Shown: piece after piece, positions 29,451 through 39,818 of the stretch
Position numbering within the stretch: the first letter of the stretch is position 1
Layout of the letters: the number at the start of each line of letters is the position of its first letter
Assembly (NCBI GenBank): GCA_965202985.1
Contig: CBDBCF010000001.1
Location: 1,952,001-2,016,000 of the forward strand
DNA length: 64,000 bases
Reading direction: 5' to 3'
Source of the DNA: Longimicrobiales bacterium
Lineage (GTDB): Bacteria; Gemmatimonadota; Gemmatimonadetes; Longimicrobiales; Gaopeijiaceae
Notes under the pieces: generated by a model
Told to the model about the DNA's origin: nothing
Seen by the model: the letters and a program-made list of their open reading frames with translations, nothing else
Database searches by the model: none
Program-made: the position numbers and the translations under genes

Positions 29451-29541
29451 CCGCGCCTTCTCTTGCGGCCTCTGGGACGCTGTACGATCATGTTCGCGAA
29501 ACCGCAACCGCCGAAGCCGTCCCCGAGGGAGTGAACCGATC

Positions 29542-29913
29542 ATGACCCGACGCCGCCTGACGACCCTGCCCATCGCGCTCCTGCTGGCGGGATGCGCCAG
29601 CGCCCCGCAAGGACCGCCCCCCTTCGACCCCACAGGAACCTACGCGTACAGCGCCAGCGTGGAGGGCATGGCGATCTCCGGCACCATGACGATCGACGGC
29701 GCCGACGGGGCCTACGGAGGGCAGCTGCTCAGCGACATGGCGCCGCCGATTCCCATCAACTCCGTCGTCGTGGACGGCCAAGCCGTCACAATCGAAGCGT
29801 CCGGCCCCCAAGGCCCCCTGACGATCCAAGTCACAGCTAGCGGCAGCAGCGTGGAGGGCACGTGGACCATGGCCGGCATGAGCGGCTCGTTCTCGGGGAC
29901 CAAGACGAATTGA
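29542..29913 (+). CDS. Small lipoprotein
   Basis: Lipobox LLAGC after a basic, hydrophobic leader; beta-rich mature part. Confidence 0.8.
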   Translation: MTRRRLTTLPIALLLAGCASAPQGPPPFDPTGTYAYSASVEGMAISGTMTIDGADGAYGGQLLSDMAPPIPINSVVVDGQAVTIEASGPQGPLTIQVTASGSSVEGTWTMAGMSGSFSGTKTN

Positions 29914-30040
29914 AGCGGATCGCAGGCCTCGCAGCGATCAGGGGCTGAGCCCGCTGGTCCCGCACATGGCCCGGCGGCCTGCGCTCTAGTGCCGGGCACC
30001 GTAGATCCCTGTCGCTAGCCAACGGAGAGGAGCAACCAAG

Positions 30041-31105
30041 ATGATCATGACCGCCACCGACGCTCGAGGCCGACTGCTGGCTTATCTTGACACGCCGTAC
30101 ACGGAACCGCTGTTCGTGCTTGGCGACGCCGCCGGCGTGCTGAGGACTTTTCCATCAAACGTATTCGACTGCTGTATGACAAGCCCCCCGTACTGGGGGA
30201 AACGCGAGTATGCCGACGCTGGCATCGGCCTCGAGAATCACTACGGCGATTTCATCGACAACTTGGTGGCCGTGTGCGCCGAAATCAAGCGGGTCCTTCG
30301 GCCCACCGGCTCGTTCTGGCTCAACATCGGCGACTCCTACTACCGCAGGCAACTGCTTGGGATACCCTGGCGAGTCGCCCTCGAGCTAACGGACAAGCAA
30401 GGCTGGACCCTGCGCAACAACATTGTGTGGAACAAGGTGAAGGGCGGACCCGACAACACCAAGGACCGCCTCCGTAACGTGCACGAGCATATTTTTCACT
30501 TTGTCGCGACGCCCCGTAGATACTACTACAATGCAGACGCGATTCGCAGCACGCCGACGAAGGCGCGGGTGGTTAATGGATCTGTCGTTTCGGCGACCGG
30601 CGTCCGAGGGATTCGTTACAAGCGGCAGATACAGCTGTCCACAGCTCTAGCCGATGGTGAAAAGGACTCCGCCTGTCGGGCGCTTGACGCCATGCTGGAC
30701 CGCGTGCGCAAGAACGAAATCGCGGATTTTCGCATGATCATCCGTGGCCAGCAAAGGACTACGCACTCGGAATCCGAGAAGGTGTCCGGCCGAGCCAGGG
30801 AACTTCGCGACAAGGGCTACTATTTTCTCCGCTACCACCCCAAAGGCAGCAAACCGTCCGACGTATGGGACATACTTCCCGAAGACAGTCAAAATCGGAA
30901 GGGCCATTTTGCCCCTTATCCCAAGGATCTGTGCAAGATACCGATCATGGCTACCTGCCCCGCTGGTGGGCTGGTGCTCGATCCATTCTGCGGAACAGGA
31001 ACCACGATGGCTGTAGCCAGCGACCTAGGCAGAAAATCAGTGGGCGTGGACGTATCTGGCGAGTACCTCGGGATTGCGAAAGAACGGAGCATGACGCTTC
31101 TGTGA
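30041..31105 (+). CDS. Site-specific DNA methyltransferase, beta class (probably N4-cytosine)
   Basis: Catalytic TSPPY precedes the SAM-binding VLDPFCGTGTT; also GSFWLNIGD, HFAPYP. GC is lower than the flanks. Confidence 0.92.
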   Translation: MIMTATDARGRLLAYLDTPYTEPLFVLGDAAGVLRTFPSNVFDCCMTSPPYWGKREYADAGIGLENHYGDFIDNLVAVCAEIKRVLRPTGSFWLNIGDSYYRRQLLGIPWRVALELTDKQGWTLRNNIVWNKVKGGPDNTKDRLRNVHEHIFHFVATPRRYYYNADAIRSTPTKARVVNGSVVSATGVRGIRYKRQIQLSTALADGEKDSACRALDAMLDRVRKNEIADFRMIIRGQQRTTHSESEKVSGRARELRDKGYYFLRYHPKGSKPSDVWDILPEDSQNRKGHFAPYPKDLCKIPIMATCPAGGLVLDPFCGTGTTMAVASDLGRKSVGVDVSGEYLGIAKERSMTLL

Positions 31106-31781
31106 GTGATGTCGTCGAGTTGTTTGGATATCCGACTAACGACTCCGCACGCGTGCCGATTGCCTGCATCTCTTGTCGCGGCATGAGCCCGGAAACGAAA
31201 TCCATGTTGTATCGGAAATGACCGTACCTGGAGGCAGTGTCGATTATGTTCTTGTCTCTGCTCGAAATGGACAGGTAGCAGATTTCGTCGGCATCGAGCT
31301 CCAGACCTTGGACACTACCGGCACGGTGTGGCCTGCGCGACAACACTTTCTTGGTAGTGTGGGCGTTGGCGAAGTTCGAGAAGACGATGTTTGCCGTCGG
31401 GGCTACGGGATGAATTGGAAGATGACAGCCAAGACGATCTTGATCCAGCTCCATCACAAGCTCCGAACGTTCGAAGCGATTGATCAGACACTCGTGCTTG
31501 TTGTTCAGGATCACTTGTTGCAATACCTCCGCAGGGAATTCAACTTCTCTCACGTCGCTGACGTACGGCAGATCGATTCGATGCATTTTCATGCCTATGC
31601 AATGAATCTCGGAGCCGACGGCAGTTTTGAGCTACAACTGGACATGCGAGCAAGCACGGATTCGGAGGGCATTGCCACATGCCTTGGACTTAGAGCAGAA
31701 CCAGACGTTGGATTGGAGAAGATCGTCCGACAGCTTGAGGATAGACTGTCCGACCAGACGCTGTTTCGTCTGGATTCATGA
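31102..31781 (+). pseudogene. NotI/EagI-like type II restriction endonuclease, disrupted near its N-terminus
   Basis: Coupled GTG start gives VSDVVELFGYP. The body ADCLHLLSRHEPGNEIH...GGSVDYVLVS...FVGIELQTLDTTG is in a different frame, with the junction near 31155. Confidence 0.75.
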
Positions 31782-31782
31782 G

Positions 31783-32844
31783 ATGACGGCCGTGGCGGAG
31801 TCGGGTAGCGCGAAGAAGAACATCCCGCCGGTGTTGGTGCTGAGCACGGGACGGTGCGGTTCCACCATGCTGTCCGATATTCTGAACACGCACCCGCACG
31901 TGCTCAGTTTGTCCGAGACCTTCACGACGGTGGGCCAGGGGCCGTTCCGTCGCCGCTTGTGCAGTGGAAGGCACATCTGGCGGGCTCTAAGCCGCCAGTC
32001 GAAGTGGCTCCACGAGGCCTTGCAGGCCGGCTACAAGGAGGTGCTGTATCCTTTCGGCTCGCCCGGCGCGCGCTACACGCACAGCGACGTCCCTGCGCTG
32101 GCGTGCACCACGTTGCCTCACCTCACGAACGAGTGCGACGCCCTCTTCGACGAGCTGGCGCAGGTGGTGCCGGCGTGGCCTCGGCGACGCCCCAGCGAGC
32201 ACTTCCGAGCACTCTTTGAATGGCTGCGCCGACGGTTCGGGCGAGACGTGTGGGTGGAACGGTCCGGCGCGTCGCTGCTACTGGCGTCGCGGCTCATGCG
32301 CGACTACCCGGACGCCCGCATCGTCCACATTTACCGGGACGGTCGGGACACGGCGCTCTCGATGCGCAACCACTACGTCTTCTCCACTTTGGTGGCCACG
32401 ACCCGCGCAGTCCGATCGGCGGGCATCGACGCCACGCGTTCGATCGCCGAGAGCCGTCGCTGGAACCGCGTCAGTCCCTGGGTCGAGTGGGTCGGCGGCA
32501 CGTTCCTGCCACCGAAGCGCTTGCCCTACCGCAAGCTGACGCTCGGCGACTACGGCCGCTTTTGGAGCGCGATGGTCGAGCGCAGCCGCTGGGTACTGGC
32601 GGACTTGCCCCCCGAAGCGCTTCTGAACGTGAAGATGGAGGACATGCAGGCCGAGCCGGAGGAGCAGATTCGCCGCTTGATCCGCTTCGTGGCCCCGGAG
32701 CTGGAGGACGACGAGTGGGTACGCGCCGCGTCCGCGATTCCCCGGCCGACCGCCTCCCGGTTCAACGACCTGGACTCGGCGGAGCAGGAGGAGTTGGTCC
32801 AAGCCTGCCGTCCCGGGCTGGATATCTTGGGTTATCCGTTGTGA
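31783..32844 (+). CDS. Sulfotransferase family protein
   Basis: 5'-PSB loop VLSTGRCGSTMLS, LNTHP, 3'-PB motif IVHIYRDGRDTALSM. Confidence 0.88.
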   Translation: MTAVAESGSAKKNIPPVLVLSTGRCGSTMLSDILNTHPHVLSLSETFTTVGQGPFRRRLCSGRHIWRALSRQSKWLHEALQAGYKEVLYPFGSPGARYTHSDVPALACTTLPHLTNECDALFDELAQVVPAWPRRRPSEHFRALFEWLRRRFGRDVWVERSGASLLLASRLMRDYPDARIVHIYRDGRDTALSMRNHYVFSTLVATTRAVRSAGIDATRSIAESRRWNRVSPWVEWVGGTFLPPKRLPYRKLTLGDYGRFWSAMVERSRWVLADLPPEALLNVKMEDMQAEPEEQIRRLIRFVAPELEDDEWVRAASAIPRPTASRFNDLDSAEQEELVQACRPGLDILGYPL

Positions 32845-34034
32845 GATCGGATCGACCATCCATGCGCGCACCTGCGGCCTACCAGCCGGGATACGACAAG
32901 GCTCGTGCCCTGAACAGCCGCTTGGCCGACAATTACGTTCGTCACACCTGCGTCGAGGATCCCTTGGCCGACGCCGCCGTGGACGCGCTGGCCCCATTCG
33001 ACCAACAAGAGGCGCACCGCGTGATCGCCGCAGGAATGGAGCAGCGCGGCGATGTGCTTTCCAAAGCTCCGACAGCGGTACAGGAGTTCTTCGCCAGGGT
33101 GTCGGAGCCGCCGCCGTGGCTGGACCTGCGGTCCTTGGTGCCGGGGATGCGCGCGTACCACCAGTATTCGGACTTGTTCATCGCTGTGCACGTCACCGGC
33201 GTGCTCGTCAGCGGCTTCTCCACCTTGATCAGCAAGTCTTTTTTTCGGACCGGCAGGCTCACCGAATACGGCGTTCGACGCCTTCAGCAAAACAACCGCC
33301 ACCTGATCGAGATCTGCCTGCCGGGCGGCCTGGAGCGGCGTGGAGACGGCTGGAAGCTCTCGGTTCGCATTCGCCTCGTGCATGCGCAGATCCGGCGCCT
33401 CCTGCGCCAGCCGGGCGAATGGGACGAAGACCGCGACGGCGCCCCCCTCAGCGCGGCCCACATGGCGTTTGCGTCCGCCGCCTTCTCGTCGCTGCTCGTC
33501 GAGCAAGTTCGCCGAGTCGGCGCCCGCATCAGCCAAGAGGAAGGGGAGAGCTTCGTGCAGATATGGCGCTACGTGGCATGGCTGTTCGGGGTGCCCGAGA
33601 CGATCCTGTTTCGCAACTTTGACGAGGGGCTCGAACTCTGCCGCATCGGATTTCTGTGCGAACCGGAGCCCAGCGAAGAAGCCGTTCTCATGGCCAACGC
33701 CCTGATCAACTCGGCGCCGCTGATCACCGGCGCCACCGACCCCGAGAAGCGGCAGGCCATGGCCAAGTTCGTGTACCGCGTCTCCCGCGCGCTCGTCGGC
33801 GACGAACTTGCCGACCAGCTTCGCTTCCCGCCGCAACGGACCACGGGGGTTCTTGCCATGTTGAAGTGGCAACATCGCCTTGGGGCCTTCATGAGCCGCC
33901 TGCTTCCGGGAGGCTCGGATCGCCGTCGCAACAGAAACTTCGTCACGCTTCTCGAGCGATCCTTGTTCGAGCAAGCGGGCATCCCCTACAGGTTGCCGGA
34001 CGCCCTGGACGCCGACCGCGCCACGCAATGGTAG
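32841..34034 (+). CDS. MpaB/DUF2236 (rubber-oxygenase-like) haem oxygenase-family protein
   Basis: DPLADAAV, PPWLD, RRLQQN, GWKLSVRIRLVHAQIR, PLSAAHM, WRYVAWLFGVPE. Start is 32841 (GTG) or 32862 (ATG). Confidence 0.8.
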   Translation: MRSDRPSMRAPAAYQPGYDKARALNSRLADNYVRHTCVEDPLADAAVDALAPFDQQEAHRVIAAGMEQRGDVLSKAPTAVQEFFARVSEPPPWLDLRSLVPGMRAYHQYSDLFIAVHVTGVLVSGFSTLISKSFFRTGRLTEYGVRRLQQNNRHLIEICLPGGLERRGDGWKLSVRIRLVHAQIRRLLRQPGEWDEDRDGAPLSAAHMAFASAAFSSLLVEQVRRVGARISQEEGESFVQIWRYVAWLFGVPETILFRNFDEGLELCRIGFLCEPEPSEEAVLMANALINSAPLITGATDPEKRQAMAKFVYRVSRALVGDELADQLRFPPQRTTGVLAMLKWQHRLGAFMSRLLPGGSDRRRNRNFVTLLERSLFEQAGIPYRLPDALDADRATQW

Positions 34035-35167
34035 ACCGGGCAGAGGCGAGGCGCTTTCACGACCTGGACGCGCTGCGGGCCTTCGCCATGATGCTGGGCG
34101 TCCTCCTCCACGCCGCGCTGTTTCTGCTGCCCGACCCGAAGCCCGACAACGATGTGCCCGCTTGGCCCGCCTCCCACCCGTACGCCTATGATACGCTGCC
34201 GGTGGCCAACCCCTACTCGTACTTGCTGTTGCTGATTCACGGCTTCAGGATGCCCCTCTTCTTCATGCTCAGCGGCTTCTTCACGGCCATGCTGTGGCGC
34301 AGACGGGGACCGCGCGCGTTGGCTGTGCACCGGTTGAAGCGCATCGTCGTTCCGCTGGCGGTGGGCATGTTCACCGTTGTTCCGATCGTTTCGCTGTTCT
34401 ACCCCGGCAGCAACTTCGGCTTCGCCGGGTGGACGACGGCCTGGACGCGGGATCTCTATCACCTGTGGTTTCTACTGTACTTGTTGCTGATGGCGGCTGG
34501 CTTCCTGCTCTTCGTGCGGTGCGGGGCCCGGTTTCGGAGCCGTCTCTGGTGGCTGCTGCTCCCCATGGTGGTGGTTCCACAGTACGCCATGAGAGAGACG
34601 TTCGGCGCCGACGTTCCCTCGGGCTTCTTGCCGATGCCCGACGCGTTCCTCTACTACGCCTTGTTCTTCATGTTCGGCGCTGTCTTTCACGAGCGCGGCA
34701 TGACGGTGCGCCGGTGGTGGACCGCAGGACTGCCGGTCGCGCTCCTGTTGTTCATGCCCGGCGTGGCCTTTGCATACCCCGACCAGATCGACGCGCTGAG
34801 CGCCTACGTCGGCGCTGGTTGGTTTCAGGTTGCGTCGGCAGGGCTCCAAGTGTCGTTCGCTTGGCTCGCAAGCTTCGGCATGATGGGACTGTTCCGCTGG
34901 ATCGCGGGAAGCGAGCGCTATTGGGTGCGCTACATGTCGGACGCCTCCTACTGGATATACCTGTGGCACCTGCCCCTGATCATCGGAGGACAGCTCATCG
35001 CCACCGATTGGGGAATGGGACCCCACACGGCGTACCTGCTGATCTGCGGAGGCGCCACCGCCGTGCTTCTGGTCACGTACCAGCTCGGCGTGCGCTACAG
35101 CTTCGTCGGCACCACGCTGAACGGCCCCCGTCAGAGGCCCTTGCGTAGCGGGAGGCGGAGCGCGTAG
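34028..35167 (+). CDS. Acyltransferase-3 family membrane protein (OpgC/MdoC-like)
   Basis: RFHDLDALRAFAMMLGVLLH, HGFRMPLFFMLSGFF, HLWFLLYL, SDASYWIYLWHLP. Confidence 0.88.
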   Translation: MVDRAEARRFHDLDALRAFAMMLGVLLHAALFLLPDPKPDNDVPAWPASHPYAYDTLPVANPYSYLLLLIHGFRMPLFFMLSGFFTAMLWRRRGPRALAVHRLKRIVVPLAVGMFTVVPIVSLFYPGSNFGFAGWTTAWTRDLYHLWFLLYLLLMAAGFLLFVRCGARFRSRLWWLLLPMVVVPQYAMRETFGADVPSGFLPMPDAFLYYALFFMFGAVFHERGMTVRRWWTAGLPVALLLFMPGVAFAYPDQIDALSAYVGAGWFQVASAGLQVSFAWLASFGMMGLFRWIAGSERYWVRYMSDASYWIYLWHLPLIIGGQLIATDWGMGPHTAYLLICGGATAVLLVTYQLGVRYSFVGTTLNGPRQRPLRSGRRSA

Positions 35168-35181
35168 TTGCCGTAGCATGA

Positions 35182-35663
35182 ATGAAGTACCTTCCCCGAA
35201 TCGTCAATGCCGAGCTGGCCGAGCGGCTCGCCGCCACCGGTGCGGTCGTTGTTGTCCCAAGGCCTGCGGGAAAACCGCGACGGCCGAATCGGTCGCGGCC
35301 AGCGCTGGACGTGGACGATGTTGCCCGGGCCATGGTCGATCTGGACCCGGCGGCCGTCCTAGCAGGCGAAACGCCGCGGCTCATCGACGAGTGGCAGACG
35401 GAGCCGGCGATCTGGAACCAAATCCGAAGGGCCGTGGACAGACGAGGCGCCCCCGGCCAGTTCATCCTCACCGGTCGGCGGTGCCGGACGACATCGCCCG
35501 CCGGGACCTGCGGGTCTACGCCCAGGCCGCCGACGCCCATGTGTTCCACTACCGCGAGAAGGACGGCCTGGAGCGCGAGGAAGCGAGCGCCTTGCTCGCG
35601 CGCGCTCACGGCCACGTGAAGACTGCGATGATGATGGGCCGGCTCGGCGTGGACGCGGAGTGA
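35182..35663 (+). pseudogene. COG1373-type AAA+ ATPase (AAA_14/DUF4143) remnant with frameshifts and large internal deletion
   Basis: MKYLPRIV, PKACGKT, PRLIDEWQ, GQFILTG in mixed frames, joined directly to the C-terminal RDLRVYAQ...HYREKDGLE. Confidence 0.8.
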
Positions 35664-37477
35664 GCGCGCGAAGCGCTGGCGAAGGCGGGCGGCGCGGTTG
35701 GGGCCGCAACCGAGTTCGCTTGACCGCCGCTCCATTGGGCCGCCGGGGCGCCGGACGGGAGGCGCGCACGCCGGAGCGGAGCCCGGAGACCGCGCGGACC
35801 CGCGCGACCGTGGCGGGCTTGGCCGCCGTCTGGATCATCGTGTGCGCAGTGGCTTGGGGCGTCCGGTGGCCGGCGATGCACCCGGGCGGGGACAACGCGG
35901 GCTATCTCTCGTTGGCAGCCGCGTTGGCGTTCGAGGGCCATTACGCGGAGACGTGGACGCCCGGCTCCCCTCCGCACGCCAAGTATCCGCCCGTCTACCC
36001 CGCCGTGCTGGCCGCCATGATGCTGGCCGGAGCCGAGAGCTGGGACGCCTTCAAGGCGGCTTCGGCGCTCAGCGTCGGCTTGGCGGCGGCGTTCGCCTTC
36101 CTGTGGGCGCGGCGGTCGGAAGGGTTCGCCGTCGCCATCGCGGTTGCCCTCGCCTTCGGTTTGTCGCCATCGGCCCTGGACGCCTCGAGATGGATCTGGT
36201 CCGACACGCTCTTCGCCGCGCTCGCCTTTTCCGCTCTTTGGGCGCTGACGCCGCCGCGCCTCGTCCGCACCGACTCGGCCAGCCCTTCGGAGGCGTCCCA
36301 CCCAGGCAACCTCTCCGCATGGTGGCTCGCCGGCGGCTTGGCGCTCGTGGGGCTTGCCTACTTCACCCGCTCGGCCGGACTTCCCTTGGTGGTGACCGCC
36401 GCGATCTGCATCGCCCTTGCACGGCGCTGGAGGGCGCTGGCGGCGTTCGCGCTCTGCTTCCTGCCGTTCGCCGCACTTTGGGGGTCCAGGAGCGGCGGGC
36501 AGGCCTACGGGTCGGAATTCTGGCTGATAGACATGTACGATCCGGGCTTGGGCACGTTCGGAGCGGCGGAGTTCCTGCAGCGAGTCGCGGCCAATGTCCG
36601 GACCTACGTGACCTCCATTGTTCCCTATGGACTCGCGGCATGGAGGGGAACATGGGCGGTTGTCGGCGGAGTCGCGCTAGCGGCGCTGGCCGTCGGCGGT
36701 TGGGTTCGCCGGCTCCGGCGAAGCGTCGGCCCGGCCGAGGTGTTCATGCCCCTCTACGCCGCGCTGCTGTTCGCATGGCCGCACATTGGGGCCGCCGCTC
36801 GGTACGCGTTGCCCTTGTTGCCGGTCCTTCTTCTGTACGCGGCCGAGGCGTTGCGGTCGCTTGCGGGCCGCCTTCGCGTCCCACCGGCCGCCGCCGTCGC
36901 CGCGGGAGGACTGGCCGTGGCCGTCCCGGCCGTTTGGTCCGCGTCGGGGACGATGATCGCAACCGTCGAGGAGGCTCCCGCCTGCCGGTTTGCTCCCGGG
37001 CCAGTTGCCTGCGCGGGTCGAGCCGTCGCCGCCTCCGCCCTCCTCGGAGCCTGGGCCGCGCAGCATCTTCCCGACGACGCGGTCGTGATGGCCCGCAAGC
37101 CCCGCATCTTCCACTTGTTCAGCGGGTTGCCGTCTGTGCCTCCGCCCTTCTACCGGGACGACGACGGTTTCTTCGCCTTCAGCGCCGACTTGGGAGTCCG
37201 CCACGTCGTCTTGGACTTGGGCTTCCGGGACAACCGCAATTACTTGCTACCCACAATCGAGCGCAATCCAGATCGCTTCTGCATACGGCAAGCAGTTGAG
37301 ACGGAACCGGACTTCCACGTCCGCTTGCTGGAGATCACCGAGCCCGGCGGCCCGGGCCGGGACGCCCCCCCCGGCACGGTCGGTTGGTGCCGCGACGTAC
37401 CGGTAGGGGCCATCGACTGGACGACCTTGGCTTCCATGAAGATCCCCCTAGTGGAGCGCGCCCGGATCACGCGATGA
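35660..37477 (+). CDS. GT-C-fold (ArnT/PMT-like) membrane glycosyltransferase
   Basis: GGDNAGYLSLA, KYPPVYPAVLA, WSDTLF, AYFTRSAG, RYALPLLP, many TM helices. Start is uncertain. Confidence 0.72.
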   Translation: MSARSAGEGGRRGWGRNRVRLTAAPLGRRGAGREARTPERSPETARTRATVAGLAAVWIIVCAVAWGVRWPAMHPGGDNAGYLSLAAALAFEGHYAETWTPGSPPHAKYPPVYPAVLAAMMLAGAESWDAFKAASALSVGLAAAFAFLWARRSEGFAVAIAVALAFGLSPSALDASRWIWSDTLFAALAFSALWALTPPRLVRTDSASPSEASHPGNLSAWWLAGGLALVGLAYFTRSAGLPLVVTAAICIALARRWRALAAFALCFLPFAALWGSRSGGQAYGSEFWLIDMYDPGLGTFGAAEFLQRVAANVRTYVTSIVPYGLAAWRGTWAVVGGVALAALAVGGWVRRLRRSVGPAEVFMPLYAALLFAWPHIGAAARYALPLLPVLLLYAAEALRSLAGRLRVPPAAAVAAGGLAVAVPAVWSASGTMIATVEEAPACRFAPGPVACAGRAVAASALLGAWAAQHLPDDAVVMARKPRIFHLFSGLPSVPPPFYRDDDGFFAFSADLGVRHVVLDLGFRDNRNYLLPTIERNPDRFCIRQAVETEPDFHVRLLEITEPGGPGRDAPPGTVGWCRDVPVGAIDWTTLASMKIPLVERARITR

Positions 37478-37994
37478 CGCGTACGGGCGTCGTCCTCGCT
37501 CCTTTTGGCCGCGGCCTTCGTGTCCGTGGCTCTCGTCGCCCCGTCCCGCTCGGGCCCAGGCGACGTCACCTCTATCCCGCGTCCGTGGGCGAGCTGGCCG
37601 GCAGGGCCGCCGCCATAGCCGAACGCGTCCACGCGATCCTGTCGGACCGCTTCGCTTCGGCGCCCGCAGGCCGCGTTCAGCTGCTTCTGTCCGACCACGC
37701 CGACATCTCGAACGGCTACGCCTCGGCGTCCCCCACAACCGGATCACCGTCTTCGCCCGTCCTCCAATGGACGGCGGCAGCATCTCCTACTTCGACGACT
37801 GGCTCGAGCTGGTGATCACGCACGAGCTGGTGCACACATTCCACTTCGAGATGGCGGGCCCCCTCGGCAAGGTTGCCCGCCGCGTGTTCGGACGTTGCCG
37901 CAGCGGCTGCCGTTGCTCTCTCTCTGTAAAGTCGAGCGAATCCGTCACTCGTAGCACCGACTTGAAGCCGGGCCAAAGCACTCGATTTCATTAA
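37474..37994 (+). pseudogene. Fragment of an HExxH (gluzincin-like) surface/outer-membrane protein
   Basis: Frameshifted pieces RAAAIAERVH, LLSDHADISNGYA, NRITVFARPP, DDWLELVITHELVHTFH. Truncated afterwards. Confidence 0.6.
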
Positions 37995-38007
37995 TCATCA
38001 TTCCCGC

Positions 38008-38036
38008 TTGGCCCTCCCCGCCCGCGACCCTATGTT
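38008..38036 (+). promoter_or_regulatory. Candidate sigma70 promoter for a leaderless Rieske-oxygenase mRNA
   Basis: TTGGCC-N17-TATGTT, then 6 nt to ATG 38043; no SD sequence. Confidence 0.5.
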
Positions 38037-38042
38037 GGCCAT

Positions 38043-39152
38043 ATGAGCGCGGTCCACGTACACCCAGACATTAGCAAGGCCGAGACGCTCCCAGGGCGCA
38101 TCTACCACTCGGAGCGGATCTATCGGCTACAGAGGGAGCGCGTCTTCGCGCCGGCTTGGCACTTCGTGGCGGACTTGAACCGGCTGAAGGCGCCGGGCCA
38201 TGTGCTGCCGGTCGAGCTGCTGCCGGGCTGCCTCGACGAGCCCGTGGTGGTCACCAGGGACAAGGCGGGCGCACTGCACTGCCTTTCCAACGTGTGCACG
38301 CATCGGGGAGCGATCGTGGTGGAGGGCGAGGGTCACGCGAACACGTTGAAGTGTCGGTACCACGGCCGGCGCTTCGCCTTGGACGGCGCGTTTCGCTCCA
38401 TGCCCGAGTTCGACGGCGCCGAAGGCTTCCCGCGCCCTTGCGACGACCTTCCCCGCTTGGCGACGGGCCAGTGGGGGCCGTTCCTGTTCGCGTGCATGGA
38501 CGCAGCGCCGAAGCCGGCGTTCGACGAGTGGATCGGCCCGGTGCGCGAGCGCTGCGCATGGATGCCCCTGGACCGGGCGCGCTTCGACCCGGACGGCGTC
38601 CGCACCTACTTGATCGACGCCAACTGGGCGCTGTACTGCGACAACTACTTGGAGGAGTTCCACATCCCGTACATCCATGCGGACAGCTTGGCCGGACTGG
38701 ACTACGGCGCCTACCGAACCGAGTGCTTCGCGTGGTCCAACCTCCAGTTCGGCGTGGCGGCCGAGGGCGAGCCCGCGTTCGACCTGCCCGCGGGACATCC
38801 CGACTACGGCCAGCGCATGGCGGCCTACTACTTCTGGCTGTTCCCCAACCTGATGCTGAACTTCTACCCGTGGGGCATCTCGGTGAACGTGGTCACGCCC
38901 CTGGGCAAGGACCGAACGAGGGTCCAGTTCCTGCCCTTCGTGTGGGACGAGTCCTTGCGCGATCAGGGCGCAGGCGCCGACCTGCACCGGGTCGAGATGG
39001 AGGACGAAGAGGTGGTGGAATCCCAGCACCGCGGACTGGGCTCGCGCCTCTACCGAAGAGGCCGATTCTCCCCCCGGCGCGAAGCCGGCACGCACCACTT
39101 CCACCGGCTGCTGGCGGAAGCGATGGCGACGGAAATCGAACCGCCCGGCTGA
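38043..39152 (+). CDS. Rieske non-haem iron oxygenase alpha subunit (choline monooxygenase-like)
   Basis: NVCTHRG...CRYHG Rieske motif, [39 protein letters not shown]. Confidence 0.9.
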   Translation: MSAVHVHPDISKAETLPGRIYHSERIYRLQRERVFAPAWHFVADLNRLKAPGHVLPVELLPGCLDEPVVVTRDKAGALHCLSNVCTHRGAIVVEGEGHANTLKCRYHGRRFALDGAFRSMPEFDGAEGFPRPCDDLPRLATGQWGPFLFACMDAAPKPAFDEWIGPVRERCAWMPLDRARFDPDGVRTYLIDANWALYCDNYLEEFHIPYIHADSLAGLDYGAYRTECFAWSNLQFGVAAEGEPAFDLPAGHPDYGQRMAAYYFWLFPNLMLNFYPWGISVNVVTPLGKDRTRVQFLPFVWDESLRDQGAGADLHRVEMEDEEVVESQHRGLGSRLYRRGRFSPRREAGTHHFHRLLAEAMATEIEPPG

Positions 39153-39404
39153 CGCCATCGTGCGTGCTTGGGCGGCGCGGCGACGCGCGATCCGGCCAAC
39201 GCGCCTCGCCATTCGGACCCAGGCACGCGGGTTGGGGGCGACTCGAAGCGCTTCCCGGCCACCGGGTGCTTGACTTGCAGTCGGCCTTCGCGCAAGACTT
39301 GTTTCCGAAGGGCCGAGTGCTCGGCTGGAGCACGGGTTCGCCGGAGCTTGGCGGGGTGCCGGCGCGGACCGGGGGCGCTCGGACATGCAACGAGAAGAGA
39401 GGAC

Positions 39405-39512
39405 ATGGAGAGCTACGAAGACCGGGCGAGGGGCCACGGGGACGCGGTGGTGGACTGCGACACCGGCGACGAGCTGTTGGAGGCCGCAGGAAACGAGGCC
39501 GAATGCACCTGA
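39405..39512 (+). pseudogene. Minimal RpnS-like remnant (35 aa) overlapping the ureA start
   Basis: [37 protein letters not shown] is near-identical to ~18825-18865. Confidence 0.65.
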
Positions 39513-39805
39513 CGCCCCGAGAGCAGGAGAAGCTGCTGGTCTTCGTCGCGGCCGAGCTGGCCAAGAAGCGCATGGCGCGCGGCCTTAGGCTCAACTACCC
39601 CGAGGCCGTGGCGGTCATCACCGCCGAGGTGCTCGAAGGCGCCAGGGACGGCAAGTCCGTGGCCGAACTCATGCAGCACGGCGCCAAGGTGCTGACTCGC
39701 GACGACGTGATGGAGGGCGTTCCCGAGATGATCCACGAGGTCCAGGTGGAAGGCACCTTCCCCGACGGCACGAAGCTGGTGACCGTGCACGATCCGGTTC
39801 GCTAG
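39503..39805 (+). CDS. ureA: Urease gamma subunit
   Basis: [12 protein letters not shown]...LNYPEA...[16 protein letters not shown]. Confidence 0.97.
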   Translation: MHLTPREQEKLLVFVAAELAKKRMARGLRLNYPEAVAVITAEVLEGARDGKSVAELMQHGAKVLTRDDVMEGVPEMIHEVQVEGTFPDGTKLVTVHDPVR

Positions 39806-39818
39806 CGGACGCGCGCTG

